Origin: Chrysomallon squamiferum
Taxonomy: Eukaryota; Animalia; Mollusca
DNA length: 64,000 bases
Direction: 5' to 3'
Assembly (NCBI GenBank): GCA_012295275.1
Contig: CM022670.1
Location: forward strand, 1,860,001-1,924,000
Numbering within the stretch: position 1 is the stretch's first letter; every line of letters starts with the position of its first letter. A program made the translations under genes and the position numbers. The notes under the pieces are model-generated. The model had not been told where the DNA came from and did not search any database. It was given only the letters and a program-made list of their open reading frames with translations. Positions 1 through 12,794 of the stretch are shown here, piece by piece.

Positions 1-295
1 CTCTCTCTGTATCTCTCTCTCTCTCTCTGTCTCTCTGTCTGTCTCTCTCTCTCTGTCTCCCTCTTTCTCTCTCTCTCTGTATCTCTCTCTCTCTCTCTGT
101 ATCTCTCTTTCTCTCTCTGTCTCTCTCTCTCTCTCTGCCTGTCTTTGTCTCGCTTTCCCTCGATCTATCTATCTATACATGCATAATACATACATACATA
201 CATACATAGATACCTACCTAGATACATACATACATACATACATACATACATACATACATACATACATACATACATACATACATACATACATACAT

Positions 296-365
<70 letters not shown>
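1..365. repeat. Compound microsatellite: (CT)n, (CATA)n, (CA)n
   Basis: Simple repeats directly visible; they explain ORFs 165..365 and 179..376. Confidence 0.95.
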
Positions 366-367
<2 letters not shown>

Positions 368-841
368 GACGTATAGAATTAATTGTAATCTCTCTGTCGC
401 TCAGTCTTTAATTTATAATTAGCCGTGAACCTTTTTCAAGTTTTTCAACAATCAAATAAGTGGCTAATTACTAAGCACAGCCGTAATACCAGAGATTACC
501 TCCTTCACATAGATCTTTAAGATCAAAGGTTACTCTTTGCTTTGATGTCCATATATTGTTTTATTTCCCTTTTTAATCCTATTAAAACAACAATTTTAAT
601 TAAGCTTGAGTGAATGATACTACAGGTACCCAGATTATTAGATACAGAGACTTTGAAGTAGAAATCCTGAAAGTCAGTTGCATAATAGTTTTACAGTTTA
701 CACCGATACGTGATCAAATACACAGAATGATGATAGTGATGATGATGAAGATGATGATAAATTTTAAAAAATTAAAAAATAAACAATCGTAAAATGTTAG
801 TTCTGATGTTTGTAATTATGTTGATGTGTGTCTGCTGTGAG

Positions 842-1216
842 AAAAATAAATAAATGAAGTGATATCTGAAGTATGCTATACTGATAAAAATAAATAAATG
901 AAGTGATATCTGAAGTATGCTATACTGATAAAAATAAATAAATGAAGTGATATCTGAAGTATGCTATACTGATAAAAATAAATAAATGAAGTGATATCTG
1001 AAGTATGCTATACTGATAAAAATAAATAAATGAAGAGATATCTGAAGTATGCTATACTGATAAAAATAAATAAATGAAGTGATATCTGAAGTATGCTATA
1101 CTGATAAAAATAAATAAATGAAGAGATATCTGAAGTATGCTATACTGATAAAAATAAATAAATGAAGAGATATCTGAAGTATGCTATACTGATAAAAATA
1201 AATAAATGAAGTGATA
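842..1216. repeat. 44-bp minisatellite, ~8.5 copies
   Basis: Unit AAAAATAAATAAATGAAG(T/A)GATATCTGAAGTATGCTATACTGAT recurs at 44-nt spacing (e.g. GAAGTGATATC at 856 and 900). Confidence 0.95.
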
Positions 1217-1869
1217 TATGTGTATGTTTGTATGTATGTATGTGTATGTGTATGTGTATCAGTGTGTATGTATGTGTGTATGTATGTGTATCAGTGTGTA
1301 TGTATGTATATTTATGTGTGTGTGTGTGTGTGTGTGTATATATTCGCAATTCAAGCAATTCAACAATCATAAACAAACTGAACTGCACCGCAGATAAATG
1401 ATTAGTCAGTCAGAAAGAACATCCATTAAAACATCTCACTTATTGCACACTTGTCTAGACCACAACGAAATTAACATTGAAGAAAAACTGAACGAGCTTG
1501 GAGTCTTTGTTAAATTGTCCAGAAAAAAAGAACCAGAAACACAAATTGCTAATTCCTTTATCTAGGTCCCACTGAAGTCATTCTTATCACATTTATAGTC
1601 TGGTATTCCATCTGGCGGTTATCTAATTAATCACATCCCAAGTCCCTCAGAGGTACTGAACTTCTAGCTGTACATGGTGATACAGAGATGTGGCTTGTAT
1701 ATATACATATTTAGTGTGTCAGAGTTGTTTTGTTGTATTGTTATTATGTAAACGCTTATAATTTGGAAGCTCTTTTGAATAGATGGCGTATCTATATTAG
1801 TATTACAGGCATATCTTATTATATATTTATTTATTTATTTATTATTATTATTATTATTATTGATTATTG

Positions 1870-1905
<36 letters not shown>

Positions 1906-1914
1906 GATTATTGA

Positions 1915-1971
<57 letters not shown>

Positions 1972-2375
1972 TTAAATAGTCTCTATTCCTCTTTTTTAAT
2001 TTTAACACCAGAACCAATTTTTTCTCGTTAAAATAAATTTCTCCTTTGAAGAGTCTTTCTTTTTGTTCTAATTTTCGTGTTAACTGTAACAGAGGGTCAT
2101 ATTTTAAAACAGAGAGCAATGTTGATTATCTGCAATAATGAAAGCGAAATAGAGCTGACAGCCGCAAATGTCCGCTGTTTGCTTTCAGATTTTATTAATC
2201 TGAGTTGCTGTAATAGAAGAAGATGAATTTTAAAAAATCCATTACTGCTACGCTGTAAAGGAAATATTATAACCAGAAACCGCGATTTTTTCTTTCTCAT
2301 TTTATGATCGACATATCGTACAGTTATGTTTAACTCGTAATAACTGAATTATAAATAATGCTTTCAATTTCTTTA

Positions 2376-2451
<76 letters not shown>

Positions 2452-2996
2452 AACACACACGCCAATCCATTTACTAAATAAATGTAGTAGTTTTAATTAA
2501 TGATAAGAACTGACAGCAAAAAGACATCCTTTTTTTCAGCTATTATTTATGATTTACTTATTTAATAAAATCGCTCAAAAAGATATATACAAATTCAAGC
2601 AATTAAAACGGGTTTAATATTACCATATATATCCTTTAAGCGATCAGTAACATTTCAAATTTAAGTAATTTTTTCTTATACCCGGTCATCAGTTAAAATA
2701 TTTAGATCGAAGACCGCATTGAATAGTTTCACCAATGTAAGCCTGATTTGTGTGTCATGAGATTTGTCTAGCTGAGTGTCACACACATTCAATACATTCC
2801 CATTAGCTGGCGAGACCGCTCAGAATCAGTTACACACAATGGCATGATCGTTATTGAGTGATATTTTTCTAACCAGACACAGATTTTCTCTTTCTCATTA
2901 TATAACGTTTGTAAAAAAAAAAAAAAAAAAAAAATATATAAAAAAAAAAAAACAAAATATTAGCTCGGGGCCAGGTACTTTATTAACAGTTTTCTG

Positions 2997-3028
<32 letters not shown>

Positions 3029-3178
3029 TTAAAAATGTGATCCATGAAATCTCTCATATATTCTGTGTATAATTATTTTTTGTTCTTTCGTCTGTTATAT
3101 TAAAATATTGTTTATCGGAGGTGATGTATACGTGTCTGTCTGTGTGTTTCAGTCAATCTTCCGCTCCATCCTGTTTGA

Positions 3179-3269
<91 letters not shown>

Positions 3270-3728
3270 AAACAATTCCTTGGATTTTACTCGAAACTTT
3301 GTTTCGTTACATAAATTCAAAATAAATAAATAAATAATGGAAAGATAGATAGATACACAGATAAGTTAAATTAAATAAAAACAGGAAAATCAATCGAACT
3401 GTTCTACCGTTTCGATTCAAGGGCGATAACTCGAAATGACAAACAATGAAATACTTCCTAATTGTCTGCCTTCGTTAAGTGACAAATCCCCCCATCCCAT
3501 TTGCCTCTGTCTGCCCCCCTCTCTTTCGCTCTATTTAACACTTCTATCATTATATATATATATATGTTTATAAATAATTCATGGTTTTATTTGTAAGTAA
3601 ATTATTAAACGCATTTATGACTAAAGTAGAAATTAAGCACTATGTTCACGATTAGAAAGAAATATCTGACATTAATTTACTTGTGCTTTAGTTTAGTAAA
3701 GACGAAACTTAATATCTGTGATTTTCTA

Positions 3729-3787
3729 GATGCATAGAAATGAAAAGACTTGCCGTGGCGAGGTCAACTGCACCCAATCCAGTGTAC
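3729..3787 (-). pseudogene. Degenerate fragment of the GCNT last exon
   Basis: acttgccgtggc-gaggtcaactgcacccaatccagtgtac aligns with 5853-5893 (acttgccgtggcaggggtcaactccaccccaccccgcgtac) at ~34/41 nt with a 1-nt deletion; it corresponds to YAGWGGVDPCHGK. Confidence 0.6.
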
Positions 3788-4635
3788 TGCTTTGACCTTG
3801 AGGTTTTTTTTTTTCTTCTTTCTTCTTCTTCTTCTTCTTTTTTTCCTGTGGTTTTGGCTTTTCAGAGTGACTCATAATGACAGAAATAAACTGAAACATT
3901 TCAGACTGACTTAAAATGATTATTATAATTTTATATTTCACTGAAAGAAACCCACTGGTATAGATAGCTGAGATGCTGGGAGACATTATTGTCGCGACAC
4001 CAGGCAAACAATTTTTTAATTTTACGGTACGGAAATCAGTCATATTTTGTCTGCAAGCTGTGTAGGAGTTTTGTGTACAACTTCTTCTCGGGAAGGAAAT
4101 CGCTCGTCATGATCTTTGATAATTAGTCGTTAAGAACTAACTGAAACTGAGACCCGTAGATAAGTCGACCGTGGTGCTACTGTCACATTATTATTAAACA
4201 TTTTAAAATGATTTATTTATTTATTAATTTATTAAACATTTTAAAAATTAATTGTTGTTATTTATTTATTTATTCATTTTTGTAGTTTTCATTTATTTCT
4301 TTGTTTTCGTGAGGGAGAGTATTTATTTATTTTTTTAATATATTTATTTATTTATTTATTTATTATATTTATTTTATTATCTAGACAGACTGTACTTGAA
4401 TGTTCTCTAAGTATTTTCAAGTGTGAGTAACACCAACATATTCAAATCAGTGATTTGTCTCACAAGAAATGAAACGTGTGATCTGAAATAAAATACAACA
4501 CACGAGATTAAAAAACTTGTGAAACCTGTTAAGCCTGTGTATCACGTGACCACTTCTACACCTGAAGAATAAAACTGTGTCAAATTTCTGCTTAAATTTA
4601 GGTTAAATGCAGCTTTAAGTTCTTTCGTTCCCTGG

Positions 4636-4671
<36 letters not shown>

Positions 4672-5358
4672 TCTTAGATTTTATATATTTTTTAGTTTTT
4701 GCATTTGCACAATTCAAGACGTACAGATAACAGTAGGTATTCGAGCAGTGGCATGCGGAAGGTGGGGTGGGGGCGAAGGGGCGGTGGCTCCGGGTATCCA
4801 AATGGGAGAGGGCATCAATTTGGGGAAAAGAACTTAATCAATTTCGTTGATTTATATATTAAAATCGAATAAAATGTTTATTTTATGTTTCATCTGTGTC
4901 TACATATTCAAAATATCTTTCTTTCTCATAGTGTTTCTCAGTACTAGGTCTTATACTTGAGTCTTTAGGGCGTACAGTCAAGCTGATAATAAAAAAAAAT
5001 TTGTGACTCATCCTTTGTAATGGCGTGCACAATGGCGTGTTTGTTATTCGCAGCGGACATTTGAAATAAAATATGTAAATGGCTTCGGTATCAATTTCAG
5101 ACATCTGTGCACTTTGTGATTTGATTGTATCGTTAACTCCACTGCCATGAAATATGTAACAGTGCTCTGAGAAATCGTATTGATTTATATATTTATTTAT
5201 TTTATTTTATTTTATTTTATTTTATTTTATTTATCTATTTATTTATTTTATTTTATTTTATTTTATTTTATTTATCTATCTATTTATTTATTTATTTAAA
5301 TATTATTTATTTATTTATTTATTTATTTATTCATTTCTTCTTCTTCTTCTTCTTTTTA

Positions 5359-5409
<51 letters not shown>

Positions 5410-5643
5410 ACTTTCTCTAGGCACACTGTTCTGTACAGATTAAACATTTCGAAACTTTTAATTTTTAATTTATTTCCTTTTAATAAAAATTTTCATGTCA
5501 TGTGATCGACATCCCAAGACAAAGAAGAAACTGTACAAAACACATTCATTTATTTCACGAAACGTACGTAACACAAATACTCCAACCAGAATGATCAAAC
5601 TGACAGACGAACTGGTTCCAGCCTCAGTCACAAAACAACGGTG

Positions 5644-5938
5644 CTAGTTCGACTTCTTATTAACAAACGGCAGACTGCGATAAGGACCTGTACTAAACGG
5701 AATAGACGCTGTTGTTTTGTTTCGAATCCACTGTTCCATGCAGTGCAAACCTGCAGGCTGGAAATCGAGATAGAATTTATTCGCGAATAATTCCTTCTTC
5801 GTCATCAGCAACGGGAGGTCGCCAACACCAAAGATGCAAACTCCATGGACGAACTTGCCGTGGCAGGGGTCAACTCCACCCCACCCCGCGTACGTTGCTA
5901 GCCACGCCTTTTTATCAGGCTGACCTACAGTAAGCCAA

Positions 5939-5972
<34 letters not shown>

Positions 5973-6057
5973 AATAATAATAATAATGATAATAGCGATA
6001 TTATTAATAGATCTAAAGCTGTAGTGTATATCTACAGTAAGCCAAAAAAACAAAAAG

Positions 6058-6088
<31 letters not shown>

Positions 6089-7391
6089 ATATAATAATAA
6101 TGATAATAGCGATATTATTAATAGATTTAAAGCTGTAGTGTATATCGTTTCTTATTCAATAGAAATCTGTTAAAAGATTACAGAGTTTTAGCTTAGTATT
6201 GACAAAAGATAAAACTCACTAAGGCAACAAATTACACGTGAATTTACTTAATATTTATTCAGTCTTACCTGAATAGCCGCCAGGTATCTCCAGGTGTGTA
6301 TTATGATTTAGCGTGGCCCAAAAATATTCATCTGGACTTGAAATGTCTTTGCACCACTGTAAGAAGTCTTGAGATATTTCGCTCTTAATAACAAATTGCA
6401 CAAACTTTCTTGAAAACACGCCGTACGCACTGCCTTTCACTATAGTAATATTATGTGGAGGTGCGGATTTTAACTGATCTGTTCGTACCAGAACAGTTCT
6501 TCCATTTTTAACAGGAATATACTTATACTTATATTTATAACGAAGAGGCAACATTCTTTTGCCTGTTATACCTTCGATATCGTTCGACCCGTTGTAAATT
6601 TTCAATATTTTGACAATTTCCAGATTAGTTTTCAAGGGAAATTCTTGACCAGGCAGATTAATAAAATAATTCCATTTTCGTTTTTTGGACAGCAGGTCAG
6701 TCATGCAGTTAATGTCAGCCTGCAGACGAGAGAACCCAGCGTACGTGACGTACTCCAGTCGCGAAGCAAGGAACACGTTGTTGAAGCAAGCTACGAGGGA
6801 TTTCACAGCATTCCGCACAGAATCTGGAGCATAAGAATCTAAGTGGAGACAGTAGAAATTCTGTGGCCGATAGATCGATCTCAGCAAAATATTAATTTGC
6901 GCCACATCCTTGTAAAACACAATGCTGTACGCAATGGGAAAATCAGTCTCTTCTTTTGTGTTGGGGATAGAATTGTAACCGTAATAGTCTCGGAACTGCT
7001 TGCAGTTGTGTGCCTGTTTTTCAATGGTTTGATCTTTAAATAAATTGGTGTAGCGTTCAACTTTTAACTTTTTAGCTTTTGATATGGAAGCTTCGTCATC
7101 TTCGAAAATCGCTTTGCAGTCGACATGGACAAACTCTGGGAAACTAGGATTAAACGCAGGAACGACTTGTTCTTGTCCTGAAAGATTTGAAACATTGGGA
7201 AAGATTACGCAGCTGGCTATGGTGCTGTCCAGGAACTGTTGGCCACGGATACTTTCCAGTTCCCAAGCAACGTACACGAGTTTGACTGACATGTAGCTCA
7301 CGACAACAACCATGAGAAGCAACAGGGCTGACTTCGGCTTTAACCTCATTTCTAAAAACTGTAAACTCTGCATTAATGCAAGGATGACCAT
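5644..7391 (-). CDS. Core-2/I-branching beta-1,6-N-acetylglucosaminyltransferase (GT14/Branch family, GCNT-like), ~467 aa, 2 coding exons
   Basis: Exon 7391-6269: N-terminal TM anchor, EETDFPIAYSIV, IYRPQNFYCLHLD, SRLQADINCM, WNYFINLPGQEFPLKTN, KGSAY, SPDEYFWATL; donor TCAG|GTAAG. Exon 5924-5644 (acceptor CTGTAG|): GQPDKKAWLATYAGWGGVDPCHGKFVHGVCIFGVGDLPLLMTKKELFANKFYLDFQPAGLHCMEQWIRNKT...KKSN*. Phases join in frame (1123+281=1404 nt). The start could be a downstream ATG (7370 or 7349). Confidence 0.93.
5925..6145. repeat. ~107-bp tandem duplication at the 3' end of the GCNT intron
   Basis: ctacagtaagccaaaa...(AT)n...aataatgataatagcgatattattaatagat(c/t)taaagctgtagtgtatat occurs at 5925-6031 and 6032-6145. 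Confidence 0.85.
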
Positions 7392-7481
7392 AGTTCACTT
7401 TATCTGAAAAAAAAAAAAAAAAAATAAATAAATAAATAAATAAATAAAATTAAATAATTAATTAAAATAAATAAGTACATA

Positions 7482-7525
<44 letters not shown>

Positions 7526-7943
7526 AATAAAAGAAATATATATTAGTATGTAAATATGTATGTATGTATATGAACAATTATATAATAAATAAATAAAAAG
7601 AAAGACAAACAGACCAAAAGGTTTATCTGTTTGTCTGTGTGTCTATTTATATGTCAATCTGTATCTACATCTGTCTATATAGATATAGAGAAATAAATAT
7701 CTACAAATATATAGCTAGAGAAATAAATAGATCAGAAGTTGATAGTTATATAAATAAGAAAACAAACACGATCAGCGCTGAAATAACATGAAAGTTTGTA
7801 AAAGTCGTAGCTTTTACGTGAAGTCAACGACAGAATGTTAATTTGCTCGGTTATATATACATTTTACAGTTTCTTTTCAAAAATCCAGTTCTCCATTTTG
7901 GTATTCTGGTTCATTATTTTCTCCTTTTAATATCACCAAACTA

Positions 7944-8001
<58 letters not shown>

Positions 8002-10350
8002 GTGACTTTTTAAAAAACATTTCAAAGATACTTCTTTTCTTTATTCTTTTTTTAAAAAAAGAAAAAGAAAAGATCTTTAAATAAATGTTAACTTTTTTAT
8101 TTTGACATTCATAGAGTGGTTTTTTTTATTACACCTTCTATATATTCAGTGTGATTACTACAGACAGCAAAACTCTTCTTCATAATTTTATAAAACAAGT
8201 ATAGAGAATTGATGTTAATGAAAAGGAACTTTACGAAACTTTTAGCAGCCAGTTAATTAGTCTAAAAGTATTCTATAATAATTAGAAAAGAAACATATTG
8301 CAAGTAAACATGTATAAATCTGGGCAAAAATAAAAAATGAGACGTATTTCTGCATACAGAAATAATACAATTGTTTTGAGTATAATATAATGTAGTATAC
8401 TTTAACGTAGAGTATTGTATAGTACACTACATCATAGTATGGAATTGCTCAGTGGCCTGTTTTATAATATAGTACAGTACGATATAGTGTAGCATGGTAT
8501 AGTGCAGTGTACTTCAGTACAGATTTGTATAAAATTTAGTAAAGTTTAGCGCAGAAAAGTTCAGTATTAACACCGGACTGACTGTATACGCTTTCTAAAT
8601 ATTCATTCTGTCTGTTTGTCTTTCTGTCAGTTTATATATCCCGCTGTCTGTCTTTCAATCTATCTGTCTCTATTTATTTATTTGTCTATAAGTCTATAAA
8701 TATCTGTACACGATTTCTTATAAGAAATGGACATTTTCAGTGCATTTAATCGAATTAATTCGTTAGTCTTAATACGGCGCTTCGTTACATTATTTTTATT
8801 TATGCATAGCAGTCGCTATCTCTGACTGTTAAAACTGTATCTTATTTTACTTGATAAGCGTCAGACTAGCTCAGACATGTAGATGTAATACAGTAGTGTT
8901 AAATCTTTACGACAGATTAAAATGATGCAGACAACCTGCACACTTTAATAATATAGTGTTGTATAGTGGCACTTATCCCGTAAAATATCTTACAGTTTTA
9001 ACAGGGTCAGACATAGTGACTGGTATGTGTGAAAAAAACCATAAATAAAAATGGATATTACATAGGCTACAGTTCAAGTTAAACAATGAAAACATCGCTT
9101 AACTTGTAAAACGTTAAATATGCAGTTATATAACAAGTGAGTATATTTAATTAAATTAATTCAGGGATGTAAAAATACGTCACATTGTTTTTATTGTTTA
9201 ATATGAAATTAGTATGACAACTATAAAAATATCAAGCTATAAAAACATCAGATAACAAATGTCAAATATACATACATATATACATACATACATACGTACA
9301 CAAACATATATATACACATACATACACACACACATATATATACACATACATACATACATACATACATATGTACACACATATATACACATACATACATACA
9401 TACATATATATATATACATACATAGATATATACATGCATACACACATACATACATATATATCTGCATTCCTACCTACATAATATATACATACACACATGC
9501 ATATAAACCTACAAAAACATACACAATTTTAGTAAAGAAATAAATACAATACTTACAGCCATTATTTTTAATAACTTGTTCAAATAAAATAGGCGTACGG
9601 ATGCGAACTTATCCATATCAGAAGAGGCGAACTTTGATAGTTTGATAGTTCTCCACTTATTGCTGTGAACAAAAGTTTCAGTCGTGTGAAAAAAGTGAAT
9701 ACGGTTTCCTCATGAATTTAAATAATATTTCTATTAGCTTGGAGCATTTTGGTGCATTTACTCCAGCTCACTGGATATCAACAATTCTTTTTGTCAATAT
9801 CGTATAAGCCACTTGAATTAGAAAAAAAAAAAAAAAAAATTATAATAAAAAGTCTTTAAATATTTTCATTTCTTTAACAATTTTTTGCTTATATAACTTC
9901 TTGTTCAGCCATTTTTGACTATTCATATTTGTATATCGCTTTGTGATTCAAATCGTTACAGGACATTATCAGAAGTGTCACTTACAACTTAAAAGGATTT
10001 ACGACTGCGTTGAGGAATATTTTTTATTTTTATATTATTTTTTATTTTTCATATGCTAAGCAAAATAAAGTTTCTTTGGAATTAAGGAATGTAGCATTAA
10101 TGATACCGTTCTTCATGAACAATAATGATATTTGTAAAAGTTTGAGAAATTTACGATTGTTTTTTCTATTTTTTTTTTTTTAATTATTTTTTATTGGTTA
10201 TCTACACTCTGAATGAATGAAAGTTTTAACTCCCGTAGTTTCATAATTTTACATGTCGTCTTTAGTAAGCGTACAGAGAGATTTCAATTTACTTACTGAA
10301 ATAATTTTTTTTTAATTATTATTATTATTATTATTATTATTATTTTTTTA

Positions 10351-10388
<38 letters not shown>

Positions 10389-10615
10389 TGACAATGTATA
10401 AACACAAGTTTAAACGACAGCTTCACTTATTTAATGTTTTGGTATCTAGTTTATTTTAATATTGACTTTTATTTGGCATCTGCGATTTATTCTACAACTA
10501 ACATATTTAAGATTGACTGTTACTATGTTGTTTTGGTATCTACTAACTCATAACATATTTAACACTGATTGTGCTTTGACAACACTAATATTAAATTTTT
10601 TTATTTCTCGTTAAA

Positions 10616-11150
10616 ACTGTATAGTATGGTAGAGAACAGTTCAGTACAGTCCAGTACAGTATAGTATAGTATAGTACTGTATAGAACAGTATAGTACAGT
10701 ATAATAAGTATAGTATACTATAGTATAGTACATTATTTCGACCATCTGTCACAGTTGACTCTGATATAGTATAATTTAGTATATAGTATATAGAACAGTA
10801 CAATGCAGTACAATACAGTACAGAATAGTATGGTACAGTAAAGTATAGTGTTGTATAGTGTTGTATAGTGTAGTATTGTATAATATTGTATAATACAGTC
10901 TAGTATAGAATAGTATAGATAGTATAATATAGCATAGCACAGCACAGCATAGCACAGTATATATAGTATAGTATAGCATAGCACAGCACAGCATAGCACT
11001 GCATAGCATAGCATAGCATAGCATAGTATAGTACAGATATATCACATGCCATATTTCGACTACCTGTCACAATAGTATAGAATAGTATAGTATAGTACTA
11101 TAGAACAGAATATAAAGTATAGCACAGTATAGCATAGTAAAGAATAGTGT
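10616..11150. repeat. Degenerate pentanucleotide satellite (TATAG/TACAG/CATAG)n
   Basis: 5-nt periodicity is visible; mirror at ~60640-61160; smaller related patches at ~8380-8560 and ~11540-11620. Confidence 0.9.
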
Positions 11151-11792
11151 ATTACTTACCATATTTCGACTGTGTGTCACGGTTAACTCTGATAATTTTT
11201 AATTAAAATTCCCTGTTTTCCACAGTAACTTCTTTTAGCCTGCACTGAAGCGACGAACTGTGAGAAACTGGTTTCAGCGTTCGTAATTTTCATCTTCATT
11301 TCAATAGGAAAGCCTGCAATAAAAAGAAGAGAATATAAAAAGAGGATATACGTACGTACTTAAGATTCATGTAAATGTGAGGTCGTAAAGTTCAGTGATT
11401 AATGTCGAGTTCAACACTTCTGGTGTATCCTGATATGTTATTACAATATCAAGTATTGAAACCACAAACTGCAAGAAACTGCATTCAGCATTCATTATTT
11501 TCTTCAGTAGAAAAGTCTTTTTTTGAAAAGATGTATATGTACACTATATTACACTAGGGTATGCTGTACAATGCTCTGCTATACTGTACTGTACTATACT
11601 AAGTTATACTATATTATATATGTTTCTACATAAGGCGGATTTAAATATGTAATATTAACTGAAACACAGATAAACACGAGTTCATTAACACTACTTCTAC
11701 ATCCTGGTTTATATATACAGTGTCAAGTATTTGTTTCGTTTATCTTTAATTCTGCTATCGTTTTTCTTTTTTTTTAGTACTATAACCAGTAT

Positions 11793-12250
<458 letters not shown>

Positions 12251-12743
12251 ACTGTCATATGTATCTCTCTTAAGCTGTTTCTGTTATTTTTTTTACATTT
12301 TTATTAAATAATTATTTCTGATATTTTCTGTCTAACTTAATCTTTGCACAGCGATACAGATTTCCTGCCAGTAATAGCTATAACAAGAAATCTGACAATC
12401 CTTACAAATGAATTATGTATCAACGCATGCATATTGAAACTAGATTACTAAGTCTCATGGAAAACAACGAGAACATTAACACGTTATTCAGTCGGACTAG
12501 TGTGATGTAATGAACGATAAAACATTAGCGTTAAAATGACTGCCGCAAAATTCACGAACAACGCCTTACCCTCAAACGCTTTTTCCCTCCTTGTTTTTGG
12601 ATTTTCCTCTCCGTGTTCCTTCGTTAGCCAAACGACCTTTTAATCCGAATGCTATTATTTCCTGCGCGAGGAAACTATGCAGCGCATTCCTTATTTCATC
12701 TAGGCGTGTGACCTGTTTCATATCAATGGAATATCGGCTTTTC

Positions 12744-12794
12744 ATTGGTTCTCGAGGCAAATAACATAATATATGCCATATCGTTGCTAGGGAC
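12744..12794 (-). promoter_or_regulatory. Candidate promoter: RFX X-box-like GTCCCTAGCAAC plus CCAAT box
   Basis: gttgctagggac at 12783-12794 and attgg at 12744-12748 in a locally CpG-rich patch upstream of a GTAAGG donor at 12569; mirrored at 58965-58976. Confidence 0.4.

Noticed and set aside
4745-5145. Possible MITE bounded by CAGTGG...CCACTG with a G-rich, G4-like 5' end
   Set aside because: Only a 6-bp inverted match and no target-site duplication; cannot be supported without a repeat library.
6645-7398. Several short ORFs overlapping the GCNT exon
   Set aside because: Antisense or alternative-frame shadows of a real CDS.
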